From Schizosaccharomyces osmophilus (taxonomy: Eukaryota), in assembly GCF_027921745.1 (NCBI RefSeq), contig NC_079239.1, forward strand, positions 1,426,001-1,490,000: 64,000 bases of DNA. The letters are read 5' to 3'. Below are positions 22,805 through 35,100 of the stretch, in pieces. Position numbers and translations under genes: made by a program. The notes under the pieces are model-generated. The model was not told the DNA's origin. It made no database searches and saw only the letters and a list, made by a program, of their open reading frames with translations. Numbering within the stretch: the stretch's first letter is position 1; the number at the start of each line of letters is the position of its first letter.

Positions 22805-25701
22805 ATGACTGCTCAGTCAGTAAACTTTTGCTTGAAGTGCTGGAATGTAAGTTTGTAAATTCCCAATTTCTGTACATTTTCGAAACGTTCCTTCTGAGGG
22901 ATTCAACTAACTCCTACCGTTCAACAGGAAGTAAAAGATGATTTTACAGTTTCCGCTTTTGGAAAAATCTGGCATACGAACTGGTAAGTTTGAGCTCAGT
23001 TATTGGTCATGGGATACTAATTCTATTTACAGCTTTACATGCTGTTCTTGTGATAAAGTCCTTAACCCATCTTCCGACAAATATGCCTTTGATAAAGGGA
23101 GTTTGTATTGCAACGACTGTGTTAAAATTTGTAGTCATTGTGCACTTCCCATTCACGAAGTTACGGTAATGACAGGTGGTCAAGCTTATCACCCATCTTG
23201 CTTTACATGCTCAAGTTGCCATGATTTCTTGGATAGTACGGCATACGCCAAATCAAAGGGAGAAATGTATTGTCTACCTTGCCTTCGCTATGGTCAACTT
23301 AATCCTCAATCTTCGACGGAAGACGTTTCTCATAAATTAGCCCGGGTCCCGTCAAGTCCTTATGAAGGTACGTTCCCACAAGCTTGCTCTTGTTCACCAC
23401 CCAAATCATCAGGTGTTCCTCAAAAAGTACCAAACGCTATGGAGTCATCCTTTTCACCAACTGAACAACTCTATTCGTCCAATGCTGCTCGTCCCAAGCT
23501 TTCTATCCAAACCGCATCATCCGATAGTTTAAATGGTTCTGTCCCCTTGCAGCCAATTCAAGAAGTTCTAGATAACCAAGAACTTAAGCCGAAGCCTTTT
23601 CAACCTCAACTAGTCGTTTCTCCTGTGACTCCTAGTGCCCAAACAAACAATATCCTTCCAGGATCTTTTGAGTCTGCCAAGTCTGGCTTTTCAAATGCCA
23701 ATTACTCGAATCTTTTGGCTGCAAATCCTACCCACCTTCATCCTCAAAAATCTCTTGACAAAGATTTGCCCGTACCTTCTCCAAGAAACGAGCAGTCTGC
23801 GTTTCCGAAACTTCAGAAACCTGTTCCTACGTTTCTTCCATCTCAATCTGTTACCAATTCCCCTTCCAAACATGGCGCTCTCAACGGTCATTCGGACCCG
23901 TCAGTAAACCGATTGAGAACCGCTTTTCGAGACGTAACCAATGATAGGAATGGCCGTGCCCTTCCAATTCGTAATAGTGTTTCAAATACCAGAGATTTAA
24001 AACAAGACACTCTTGGAGAAGCAGGTTACTCACCAACAAGAGGTCAATTTCCTCGATATCCATCCAGACTATCCAAGAAAAATCGCTGCCTTTCCAATGA
24101 GTTTGGCGCACAACCTTCACATAATGCGATTTCAGCTTCCTCTTTAACCTTTTCTCCGCGTGCTAAAAGTTTTACTTTATCTCAAGGTAACGCGAACCAT
24201 ATGTTTCAGCGTAGTGGAAGACGCAGTTCTTTGGTTCGTGCTAGTGATGTATTTTCCTCCAATGTTTTTGAATTTTCAGATGATCAGGTTCAAGATCTGG
24301 TAGCAGAGGTTTCGTATCTTCAGACACAACGAAGTGCATTATTGTTGGAAGTTTCTTCCTTGGCATCATTTACCGATGCCGTTCCCTGTATGCCAGCTGA
24401 ATTGCTAGAGCAAGATCTAATTGCAAAGTTAACAGACCGTTTTGACAACTTAACAAAATCATTTCAATCGGAGATCACCACCTTGCTGTTACGACGTGAT
24501 GCCTTGTCAGCTACCGTCACGAAATTGCAAAACGCGTACAACACGGCTACGGAAGAAACCGCTTATTTGAATGTTAAGAACACTGAATTGGCGAGTTTAA
24601 ACAACCAATTGGAACGAGAACTTTCAAGCTTGAAAGAATCAAGACAGAGCAAAAGAAAATCGTCTTTTGGACTGTTTGGCAGAAAACCCGGTAGTTCCAG
24701 CTATTCGCCTTCACCTACTCAGTCTCCTCGTGAATCATTGTCTAGATTACAAATGGTTGCCTCGAGCCTTGGTTTCCGACCTAAGGATAAGGAGAATAAT
24801 AAAGAGAATGAAGGTTCCAAACCGAATTCCAAAATTGACCTTAGAAAAAGTCTTACCAAAAAATTCTCATGGAAGAGAGGATCAAGGATCCCCACACCCT
24901 CAAGTATTGTCGAGGAAACCGGAGGAGAAGAACAGGAAGATAACATTCCTGAAGCTGGCGTCTGTAAGTTGTGTGGAAAGTACTCGGCCCAATTGCGAGC
25001 TCATTATCAAGACTGCCTTAGCTCTACTATCGATCGACAATATCAAGTACAAAGAAGCAATGGTATGCTAATTATACAAAAATATTTAATAAGCCGTGTT
25101 GTTATTAACCTATATAGTTTCTTCTGCACCTTTAGATTCGGAACAGTTTGATAGTGAAAATCAAACATTGACAAAAGTTCCTTCTCTTATTACGACATGC
25201 ATAAACTTTGTCGAGACTTATGGCTTGGACTTTGAAGGTCTTTATCGGAAAAGTGGTGCAACATCCCAAATGAAAAGAATTTGGGCATTGCTGCTAGAAG
25301 GAGATGTTGCTCTTCATCCTTCAGATGATATTTCTGCTGTAACATCCGTACTAAAACAATATCTCCGAAACCTCCCAAACCCCATCATAACATTTGAAGA
25401 ATACTTTCCTTTCATTTTAGCAGGAAGTCGCACGTCGTTTCAAGAGAAGGTTGAAGGATTTAGAGGAGTTATCGAAAGACTACCTTCTGTTCACTCGACT
25501 ATCCTTCGCTTGATCATAAAACATTTATCCAAGGTTGCAAAGTATAGCTCGGAGAATCTTATGAACTCTAAGAATTTAGCTGTTGTATTCTCACCCACCC
25601 TAGTACGAGATCCTGAAAATGAGCGTGATGTCGTTGACATGACCGTAAAGAATTATGCTCTATCCTTTTTGATTGATTACGCTGATGAGGTGCTTCCCTG
25701 A
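22805..25701 (+). CDS. rga4: LIM-domain RhoGAP Rga4, 4 exons
   Basis: Two N-terminal LIM domains, a coiled coil and a RhoGAP domain (EGLYRKSG, NLMNSKNLAVVFSPTL); introns 22847-22927, 22984-23032, 25063-25117. Confidence 0.92.
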
Positions 25702-26324
25702 TTGCCTCAATTTGGCAAGACGATGTTTTTTTTTTTTATTTTGTCTTCCGTGTCATTCTTTTAAAGTCTTATTGATGTAAGCGTTTACAAATTATAATTC
25801 TTGGCCCTGTTTACAAGTTGGATTCATCGCTTTTATTCATTTTTACCTAATACATGTCGCTCGTTATTTTTTTGTTTATTATACCAAGTTTTGAGAGCCA
25901 TTCGCTTCTTTCAATGAGATTGGTCAACTTTTTTGGAAATAATAAAAGCATTATTAAACAAATCTTTAATCAAATGAAAATACCATTTAAATATTACCTT
26001 CCACTGATAATCCTTTGGCTAATTTATCTGAAATGAGCGCAAAATCTAATAAATATATCTTGCTTATATTCCCTTTTCATTTTTGTTATGAATATATCCG
26101 GTATTACAGAAAAACCCAGAAAACTAGTGGATGAAAGAATATGTTTTAATTTTAAGAAGTAGGTCAATGAGCTTGGATTCTGTCTAGAGAAACCACTTTC
26201 AATCAAACCAAATCATCACATACAAGAGAACGTTGTTAATTGAGGTCGGACAGAACCTTTTCCTAAAAACAATTGAAAATTCATTTCATTTATAAGTATA
26301 TGATTCCTTAAAGGAGCAGCAAGA

Positions 26325-27368
26325 ATGGTAAACCAATTCAGGAAATGTATTTTGGGACCCGTGAACGCAGGGTATACCCTGGCATATTCCTCTTTAATAA
26401 AACAAGGAGTTGATAGACCTTTTATGTTTTACCCCAAGCCATTTCGAAAGTATAGGGCTCGTAACTTTTTGAATATTTACAAGGAAGACCCCAATGTTTC
26501 CGATCCGCCAGAGAAGGTAGGCCATTTGGAATATAAAGAAGCAGATAAAATGCCTACCATTGATTGTTTACTGGTGGACTCTTGTATTACGAAAACGCGA
26601 AAAACGATACGACAGGTTAAGCCTTTATTACACAAAGATAGCTCTGTCATTCTTTTAAATCAAGACATTTCCTTATGGATGGAATACAATTCTATATTCG
26701 AAGATCCTTTGAATAGGCCCAAACTTTATTTAGGGAAGTTTCAGAATTTTTCATCACAGAAGCCAGAAAATGTTATCCAAACCAGCTCTCTCCCTTATTT
26801 AAGACTCTGTGGAATGCCGGCCGGTCGAAAATTTGACTGGGATACATCAAGGATTCAAACAATTAATCGTCTACCGGAAGAATTGGATCAAGTATTGAAC
26901 TTGAATCCCCTTGGAAACACAGAAATTTTAAGTGCTAAACATTTTTTGACTGAGCAGGTTTGCGACCTGGTTATATTGACGACGAAGAGCCTACCTAACC
27001 CTCAAATGAAGAGAAATGCCATCTACTCATGGCTAGACCTGATATCAAGGTTACCCTTTTTTGGCCACTTAGACAAGTCTCTTTTAAGTTTTGATGCTTT
27101 GTATCAATCTACTTTTCTTAAGCCTGTAACATTTTTGAATGTTCCCCCTTCAAATGCCAAAATCTTCTCAAAGTACCAATGCATGAAAACCCTTTTAAAA
27201 TTTGCAACGCCGTGTGCGAGTGATGATACGCTCCATAGTTTTCTGGGTCATTTAGTTAATTTTTCTGTCCGTAACTATAATACCCTATTTCCTTCGTCGA
27301 TGCCTGAACCACCTCCTCATTTATTTTCTACGACTAAAAGAATCCCATTGCCAAATATGTCTGACTAA
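26325..27368 (+). CDS. Divergent Schizosaccharomyces protein with a possible degenerate ketopantoate-reductase-like fold (SPBC28E12.04 position; possibly a Cbs2/Cbp7-type mitochondrial translation activator)
   Basis: 347-aa ORF; ILGPVNAGYTLA resembles a decayed Rossmann loop, and IDCLLV..K..SVILLNQ resembles the PanE N-domain. Function is an inference. Confidence 0.6.
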   Translation: MVNQFRKCILGPVNAGYTLAYSSLIKQGVDRPFMFYPKPFRKYRARNFLNIYKEDPNVSDPPEKVGHLEYKEADKMPTIDCLLVDSCITKTRKTIRQVKPLLHKDSSVILLNQDISLWMEYNSIFEDPLNRPKLYLGKFQNFSSQKPENVIQTSSLPYLRLCGMPAGRKFDWDTSRIQTINRLPEELDQVLNLNPLGNTEILSAKHFLTEQVCDLVILTTKSLPNPQMKRNAIYSWLDLISRLPFFGHLDKSLLSFDALYQSTFLKPVTFLNVPPSNAKIFSKYQCMKTLLKFATPCASDDTLHSFLGHLVNFSVRNYNTLFPSSMPEPPPHLFSTTKRIPLPNMSD

Positions 27369-27923
27369 GTCATCTTAGGATTGTTTCCTTTTCCGAATTC
27401 ACCCAAAATGTTTCTTTCATTGGAGTCTCGTTTATTACCAACTCTACGATGTCCTTATGGTATGAGGACTACAGAAAATATCATCTTAATCAATTAAAAA
27501 TATGGAGACTTGTGCAATGCTCTTTAACAAACTGAACCTCTATTTAAGTGAATGCTTAAACGTTTTCTTTGCTCGTCGTTTCTGCGAAATTTGAATAAAA
27601 ACTGAAGGAGTACACCATCCCTTCAAATTTATAATTCCAAAATATTTCTTAAATTATTGCTTTTCCCAATCAATTGAACAGATAATTCAGGTCTTTAGTA
27701 ATTATTCTGTTTTTTAAAAGGTAACAATGTTACTTAGGAAACAAACTGTTGTTCACAATGCAGGAGTGTATTCAAAGCCATAAAAAGCCAAACAAGGGTT
27801 TTGGAGGTTGTACAACGTTTTACTGCGTTCTTTCACATTTATAGGTTGCTGTTTATTTTCTTTTTTAAAACTGGATTAGTTTTTCGAGTAGCATTTGCCG
27901 TTCGTTTTTTGTGTTGAGAAAAC

Positions 27924-28913
27924 ATGTCTGAAGCAGCAAAGTTTTTTGGTGCCGTAGACGAAGAAGACGATCGTTTCCAAAACTTTTCTAGTGAAGAGGA
28001 AGACAATGAAAAGATATCTAGAGCTACGATCCATTCCTCCAGAAATGACAAAAGCAGTGGTAGAGAAGCTTATAAAAGTATAATAAATAACGCATCTGAA
28101 GAGGACGAGAATGAAGGCGAAGCAGAAGATAATAGCGACGCGGAACTGTATGTAGGAGGAGATTCTGAAGAAGACAATGGTGAAGAAAATATAAAGGCTG
28201 TCAAATCAGAAAAGCCTCTGAATAAGATTTCTATAGAAGAAGTTGAGAAGAAGAAGAAAGCTATAAAACGTTCGGGTGTTATTTACTTATCGAAAGTCCC
28301 TCCCTATATGGAACCTAGTAAGCTTCGACAGCTTTTATCCCAGTATGGTAAACTCGGTAGAATATACCTTGCCCCCGAATCTGCCCAGAAACGAGCTAGA
28401 CGTTTAAAGAATGGCGGAAACAAAAGAACTATGTACGAAGAGGGATGGGTGGAATTTGAAAGTAAACGTGCTGCTAAAACCGTTGCTGACATGCTAAACA
28501 CTCAAAAAATCGGCGGAAAGAAAACAAGCTGGTATTATGATGATATTTGGAATATGAAGTATCTTCCTAAACTCAAATGGCATCACCTAACCGAACAAAT
28601 TGCTGCGGAAAATGCTGCCAGGGCCAGTCGTTTAAATGTTGAGATTGAGCAGGGCCGTAAGCAAGTAAAGGAGTACATCAAGAATGTTGAACGTGCCAAG
28701 ATGATTGAAGGTATTCAAAAGAAGAGAAAAGAGAGAAGTAATTCATCTGAAGAAGCCCCTGTCTCTAGTAATAATAATTCTGTTGAGAACGGCCCTTCTA
28801 ACAAACAAATGCGACGTTTCTTCGACCAAAAAAGCGTTACAAATAAACGTGTTATGCCTAAAAATGAAAACGAACAAAGAAAAGTTGAGAACGTTCTCAG
28901 TAAGGTGCTTTAA
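27924..28913 (+). CDS. esf2: U3 snoRNP-associated pre-rRNA processing factor Esf2/ABT1
   Basis: GVIYLSKVPPYM, GRIYLAPE, EGWVEF, DDIWNMKYLPK. Confidence 0.95.
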   Translation: MSEAAKFFGAVDEEDDRFQNFSSEEEDNEKISRATIHSSRNDKSSGREAYKSIINNASEEDENEGEAEDNSDAELYVGGDSEEDNGEENIKAVKSEKPLNKISIEEVEKKKKAIKRSGVIYLSKVPPYMEPSKLRQLLSQYGKLGRIYLAPESAQKRARRLKNGGNKRTMYEEGWVEFESKRAAKTVADMLNTQKIGGKKTSWYYDDIWNMKYLPKLKWHHLTEQIAAENAARASRLNVEIEQGRKQVKEYIKNVERAKMIEGIQKKRKERSNSSEEAPVSSNNNSVENGPSNKQMRRFFDQKSVTNKRVMPKNENEQRKVENVLSKVL

Positions 28914-29124
28914 AGTTCTCTGCTTATATATGTGTAAGCACAGTTTAAAATTTTGGTTATTTTTGGACGTTAGGGTAATAATAGTTTATTTAATTTTGCA
29001 TTTATAAACAAGAAAAAAAAATTCTATGTTGTATCGTATCCTTTAAACATCTAATATTATAATTATAGACCACTTTAAGTTGGAATGTTGTCATTAGTCA
29101 TAAACATGTATTGTCTTAACGCTC

Positions 29125-32100
29125 TCAGCCCTTATAGTATGAAGGCAATTGTCTATAGCATTCATAGCAAGTCTTGATATTAGTATCTTTCAAGGTAGAA
29201 ATGCAATCGCTGCATACGTTGGAGTTTCCGCATGCACGGCATTGACTTCTCCACTCCATTAAGGAAAACCGAGCGTCGCATAATGAACAAAGATCATTAG
29301 TTGCATCACGTTCAACGTGTACGTTGGAAGTGGTATCTGGTAGCATCCAAGCATGAACTTGACCAAGATTATCTCCAGTAAATATACCACGAGCTTGACC
29401 GCTACATGTAATGCAGGTGATAGTCTGGCGAGTGGGAATTTTGTTGCGACCAAAACCACTCTTATGTTGAAGTTGACGGACAAGATGCAGGCGCCATTTC
29501 GGCTTATCTAAAACGTCTTTTGATTCCAATATCGCTTTGGACTCAAGCCTTTTCTCCCAAATACGTACAATGCCATCCTCGTGACCAGTAAAAAACAAAT
29601 CTTTATTCAACCATTCCGAATTTGCACCAGTATAGAAGCTTAAAGAGCATATATCCTCATTTAAATTCGAATTATAGATTCGGCTTAGAGTATCCTTTAC
29701 AAGAATTTTTCCATTTATATCTATAATACAGCAGCAACAGCCAGAAGTAAAAGCAATTTCTCCATTCCTTGCATTCACGGAAATAGTTTGTATTGATTGC
29801 CCATAAACACGAACCGATCGCACAAATTCTGCACGATTTAAATCCCATATCATTAAAGATCCCGATTCATCACCACTAACGATAATACTGAACGCTTTAC
29901 ATACAGATACCGAAGTTATTTTTGCTCTATGGCCATATAAAACCTTTTTCAAAGATAGCCGTGCAGGCTTCGAGTCAGATAGTTGCCATAAACGAAGGGT
30001 TAAATCATAGGACGCGGTAAGAAAAGTTCTTTCATCACATCCTAATAAGTGTGTAATCTTATCTGAATGCAACTCTTCAAAGACAACCAGTTTAGAATCA
30101 GTTTGTTCCATAATCAATTCAACATCATTATTTACGCCACCCCATATCAAAGTGGAATATGAAGACAAAGGAACAAAGCCGGGAGAAAAGGCACGAAGAG
30201 TATCTTTTGTTGGGTCATACAGCATATGAACAATTTTTTTCGATATTTCAATAACGGGTGAAGCACTTTGGAATAACAAGCCCATATTTTTCTCAAACCG
30301 TCCAAATAAGTAAGGACCCAAAGGTGTATCTGTGAAATCCGGTCCGCGAGGAGGATGTGGCCTTTTGAAAACCTGCTTAGGGGTTTGCCCAAAATTGTGA
30401 ATAATTCCCACTGCTGCTGCAAGTTCAAACTCATTCTCAATATCTTCGAGATCGACTGACCCTTGATATGAAAGATTATGGAAAACGTTTGTTGATTCAA
30501 CTGCTTCCTCGCCTCGTTGCTTATAACCGAACACTAAATCAATCCATTCATGGAGGTGTGAACTAGCATATTTACTTTCGAGAGCTTCACGATTTTTTTG
30601 GACGAAAATAGCCGGATCGCCTTTTGCCCATGGTGGCAGGATGACATCGTTTATCGGCTCCGTTTCATTCTGCCTCGACCCAAAGTCAAACCCATTACCA
30701 TTAACAAACATTTCACTAAGATAATAAAATTCAGGAATTAACTCCCTTACATCCGCCATGTTTTCCTTAGATGAAGAATTCCAGGTTTGTTCGATTGAGT
30801 AGAATAACCTATCTGCGTGATCAAATTGTCCTCCCTGTAGCGCAAGATAAGAATTTACAAAAGGTCGTAAGCGTATCAAATAGGAGCAGACAATCATAGC
30901 AGACGAATAGTGAGTACCATAATGAAAAGGCTTTTGTTGCAAATCACCCAAGCTTAATAATAAATCGTAACGCTCCTTAAACTGGGATTCTCTGGGAGGG
31001 TATTGCGCACCCATTGGCTTTGACAAGTCTCTGAATGTTCTAGGATTGCTTAGATCTAGTTCTTCGCTAGTATAATCAGCAATGACCCAAGGAAAAACGG
31101 GATATTGGGTCAAGTCATTATATGTGCGGCCCGCAAGCGTGTTCACGATTTGCAAATAATTGAAGTTAGATATTTCGTGCCTTTCCCATCTTTTGGTGGC
31201 CGGATGGCCACTATTAAAAGATAGAACATTTGCTAACTTCGTCCCTATAAAATTCGTTCTGTTAGTAGCTTTCCCAAGATCACGACTCATTGATGTAGCC
31301 AGATGACTTGTTGAAAGCACATCCGCACCATGTGCCTTTGCTATCAGTTTTTGATATAGTGCATCTCGATTTTTAGTTGTGGAAAGTATGGTCAAAAAGC
31401 TTCTTCCGTCTTTGAAAAAAAGCTCAATTCCTACATCTCTTAACAGATAGAATCGTTTTAGCACCAAAGACAAGTCTGAGAAGTTCCAATACCAGCTACT
31501 TTCTCTAGAAATGACAGGAAGTGTGTTTCTCGAAGAATTCAATGATTGCATATTAAGAAGCTGTAGATACGGGTCTTTTTCATCAGTCACGCTGCTGTCG
31601 TTTATATCAACAATTTCATTATCTGATCGCAAGAAAAAGTTATCCATCAAATAAAGATATTGTTTTCCTAACAGTAAAATACCTTCCATAGCTTCCAACC
31701 CAAATATCCTAGAAACATTATATGCGTCTTGTATAGTATCTCCTGGCATAATGGAGCGCATTACAGTTCTATTTTTATCTTCTTTGTCCTCCTCAAATGT
31801 ATCGTCTTCATCTTCCTTACCAAATGTTGATTCGTTCGTGGAAGTAGCTTCCGAATCATGTAAAGTATCCTCATTATATGGAACCATTAGTGTGATAGCC
31901 TCTTTCCCTTGTGTGCGAAGGGGAACTTCAGAGTTCACAGAACCGTGGAAGCTCCGATTTCCTGTAACAAATGACGATTTTTGTTCAGATTCCTGCTCCG
32001 AGTTGATTTCTTTAGGGGGAGTGATGCAAGGTCTTAAACGACTCCTCATTCTTTCTGATCCTTCAGTAGAATCTAATTCCCATGATGCTGGGCTTAAAGA

Positions 32101-35100
32101 AAGGACTGAATTTTCACCAGCTAATTCAGCCTGATTAGAAAATAAAGCAGACATTACAAAATTCTCTTGATCCGATTGGTCCTGGAATATCTTTCGAAAC
32201 CGGCTGCATTCCAAAGAGTACAGACTTGAAATCCAAGCCTCGTAAGAATGCGACATCTCATTAAGGAGATTTTGTTCGCTTGAAGCTATTGTCAAACTCT
32301 TTTTCAGAAACTCTAAGCGTAACAACTTTAAAGACGTCATTTCATCTTCAGCAGCCTTGTGTTCTTGTTTTAAGAAATTTTCAAATTGAAAAGAGAAGCA
32401 TGTTTGCATAAATTCATCAGCTTCGGAAATATTATCCTGTAACCAGGAAAGAAACTGGTCAGACTGTAATCCAGTGATGGTTTGCATATCTCGACTAAAC
32501 GGAAATTCCATTCTAAAACCTTTGTTCACTTGATTCAAATAATTTGGAGACTGAATGTATAATAAACGCCAAATATCGACAGCGCTTAAACGAGCCCTTT
32601 CGTTACCGGATTTCAACACCATATACATACTATACCAAAGTAACGAAAAAAGCTCTGGCTGATGATTCTTAGAAGCAAGCAAAGGTGTTTGCCAATATAG
32701 TATCTTCATCATTACATTCTCCATGGTAGCTTCATCACCTTTTTCTTTAGTCCTATCAAGCTCTAATAGAATCAATCTCAAAAAGCAACCGAACAAATTG
32801 CAAATTGCATATTTAGTATTCTTAGAGGAAAAATCCAGTTGGTTCTCTGCAAATTCAAGCTCTTCAAGTAGGTACCCAATATCGTCTATAATGTTAAAAC
32901 AGAATTCGTCCATAAACCCAACAATTCTTATCCTTAAATATTTCGTAAACATATAGCTGAAGTTAATTAATACATGTGGATTCTTTAGAAACGTCTTATC
33001 ATCCTTGACTGATTTAATGAGCTGTTGAAGAATTGAATGAAATGCAATCCGAACGAATGAAGCCTTTTTCGTCTTTGTACTAGAAGGCAAAGAAATAATC
33101 AATTTGGAAAAGCTAAATCCCTGACCAGCGACGATTCGATCATAAGCGGTAGTTAAAACAGAAATAAAAAGTTCATTAATCAGCTTCTTTGACTTAGCCC
33201 CATCAATAACGGTATTTTCCAAAAATATAGTAGTATTAAATTTTGGTTGCGTGCTAGGCTGAATACTATCGGTATTTAACTGTTCATTAAATGCTTCTTG
33301 TCGAACGCGATTGGTAAATGAAGTCACTACCCGTCTATTTGAACCACTTGCAGACATCTTTCTAACTGACCTTCTTATGCCTTGGCTGAACGCTTTCGAA
33401 GATGAACTACGAGGCAGTGGGTGACGGACGCTCTCCATCAACTCTCGGATTTCTTGTTCGGGAGCTACGTCTTCTTTGGGTGAAAAAAAGGGAAACACCA
33501 TTCGAACTATGTGTTCATTGATATCAAAACCCAAACTTATATCAAGGGAATAAGAAATTTGAGCGTCAGTTAAAAGAAGCAACGTTTGCTGACCGTAATA
33601 CAAAGATTCAGTCATTTGTACATCCGCTTCAGGAAGACTCGAATTCCTTAGCAACGTATAAATAGAATCCAGTAATATCACTATCACTTCCGGAACAGGG
33701 AAAATTCGATCTTTATAATTCCAAAGCATATAATTCAGCTTTTCTTCAAATGAACAGTCAGGTTTGAATTCTATCCCTCTAGTACCAACGCCTAAAGCTA
33801 ACTGAACTAAATTCAACCAAACCTCTTCGATATGAAGTTGCTGAGGTAAGCTATTTTTCAAAACCAAAAATCCATGAAACTTTTGCGAGAACTTTGATAT
33901 GAAGCTGGATCCTAAACTACAAACGGACTGATTTAGTAACCTTAGACCAAATAGAAAATAATGACTATCAGTTTGCCTTATGAGGAATAGTAACCATGCT
34001 GGAGTAATCATGGAAGAAAAACGTCGAAGAAAAGATGGCTCTTGATTACTCTCTATTAACAGACTCACAAAAACTTCACAAACCGCGTGGCCCGACTCTC
34101 TTATATCCAAATACTCAATTGCCTCTTCAGGTCTTTTAGGGTTCAAAGAAGCGTTTGAAAGTCGATTTGTTCGAGTATTTCTTTTTGTAGCAAAGGCTGC
34201 ATATATAATATAGGTTACAATTGCCCTAACATTTTCTGAAACAAAAGAAGTAGCTAACAGCACCTTCAGCACAACTTTTAAAAGGGGAAGAACATCCAAA
34301 CGAAACAAGCGAGCTCTCATTGCAGCAAGAAGCTTCTTCAAAACTTGCATCTTCATAAGTCGCTTTATATTTATATTGGAATACTCATTGTTCTCGATGA
34401 GAGACACAATATAGCTTAACTGTTGAATTACCGAATGACTATCTCGAGCTTTAGACCAAAGGTCAAAATCAAGTATAAGATAGCGAAAAAGAAGGGGATT
34501 TAAAATGAATGGATGTTTAGAACGCTCATGATGAACGCCAGCTTTGGAAGATATTAATCGGAGAGTTTCCTCGGAACTTAAAAGATGGGACTTTGTGTGA
34601 AGGACTTTAGCTAGAATTTCATAGGCATGGCCTTGCTCTACCTGTTCTGAAAAGCGCCAGTTGTCTTCAATAGCTGAAAGATAAAATAGTAGCCCAAAAT
34701 TGAGCTCTTCTATAGTTTCAGCAATCGAAATTAGATTTATTGATATACTAGAACCACCAACGTTGTATAAAGCATCGCTCAAAGATGGCATGACAATTGG
34801 GGTAACAGAGCCCGACGAAACTCCAAAACTAGGTTTGTCCATTGAAAAGATTTGATCATATGATGGAGATGCCCTGTTTATATATACATAGGAGTAGAAC
34901 TGATCTTGCAAGTCCTTCAGTGTGTCCAAAATGCTAAAAGAGCTGAAACCAGATAAGCATGGGTCGTTAATATAAACATAGCTTTTGGCAGAAGCCGTGA
35001 AAGCTATAGTAGAAGACGAAATACTTTTCATATTTTTCAGAACCCCTTCTGCACTCAAATTTAAAGCTTGAACTTCCATGCTTAATTCCGAAGATGCTCT

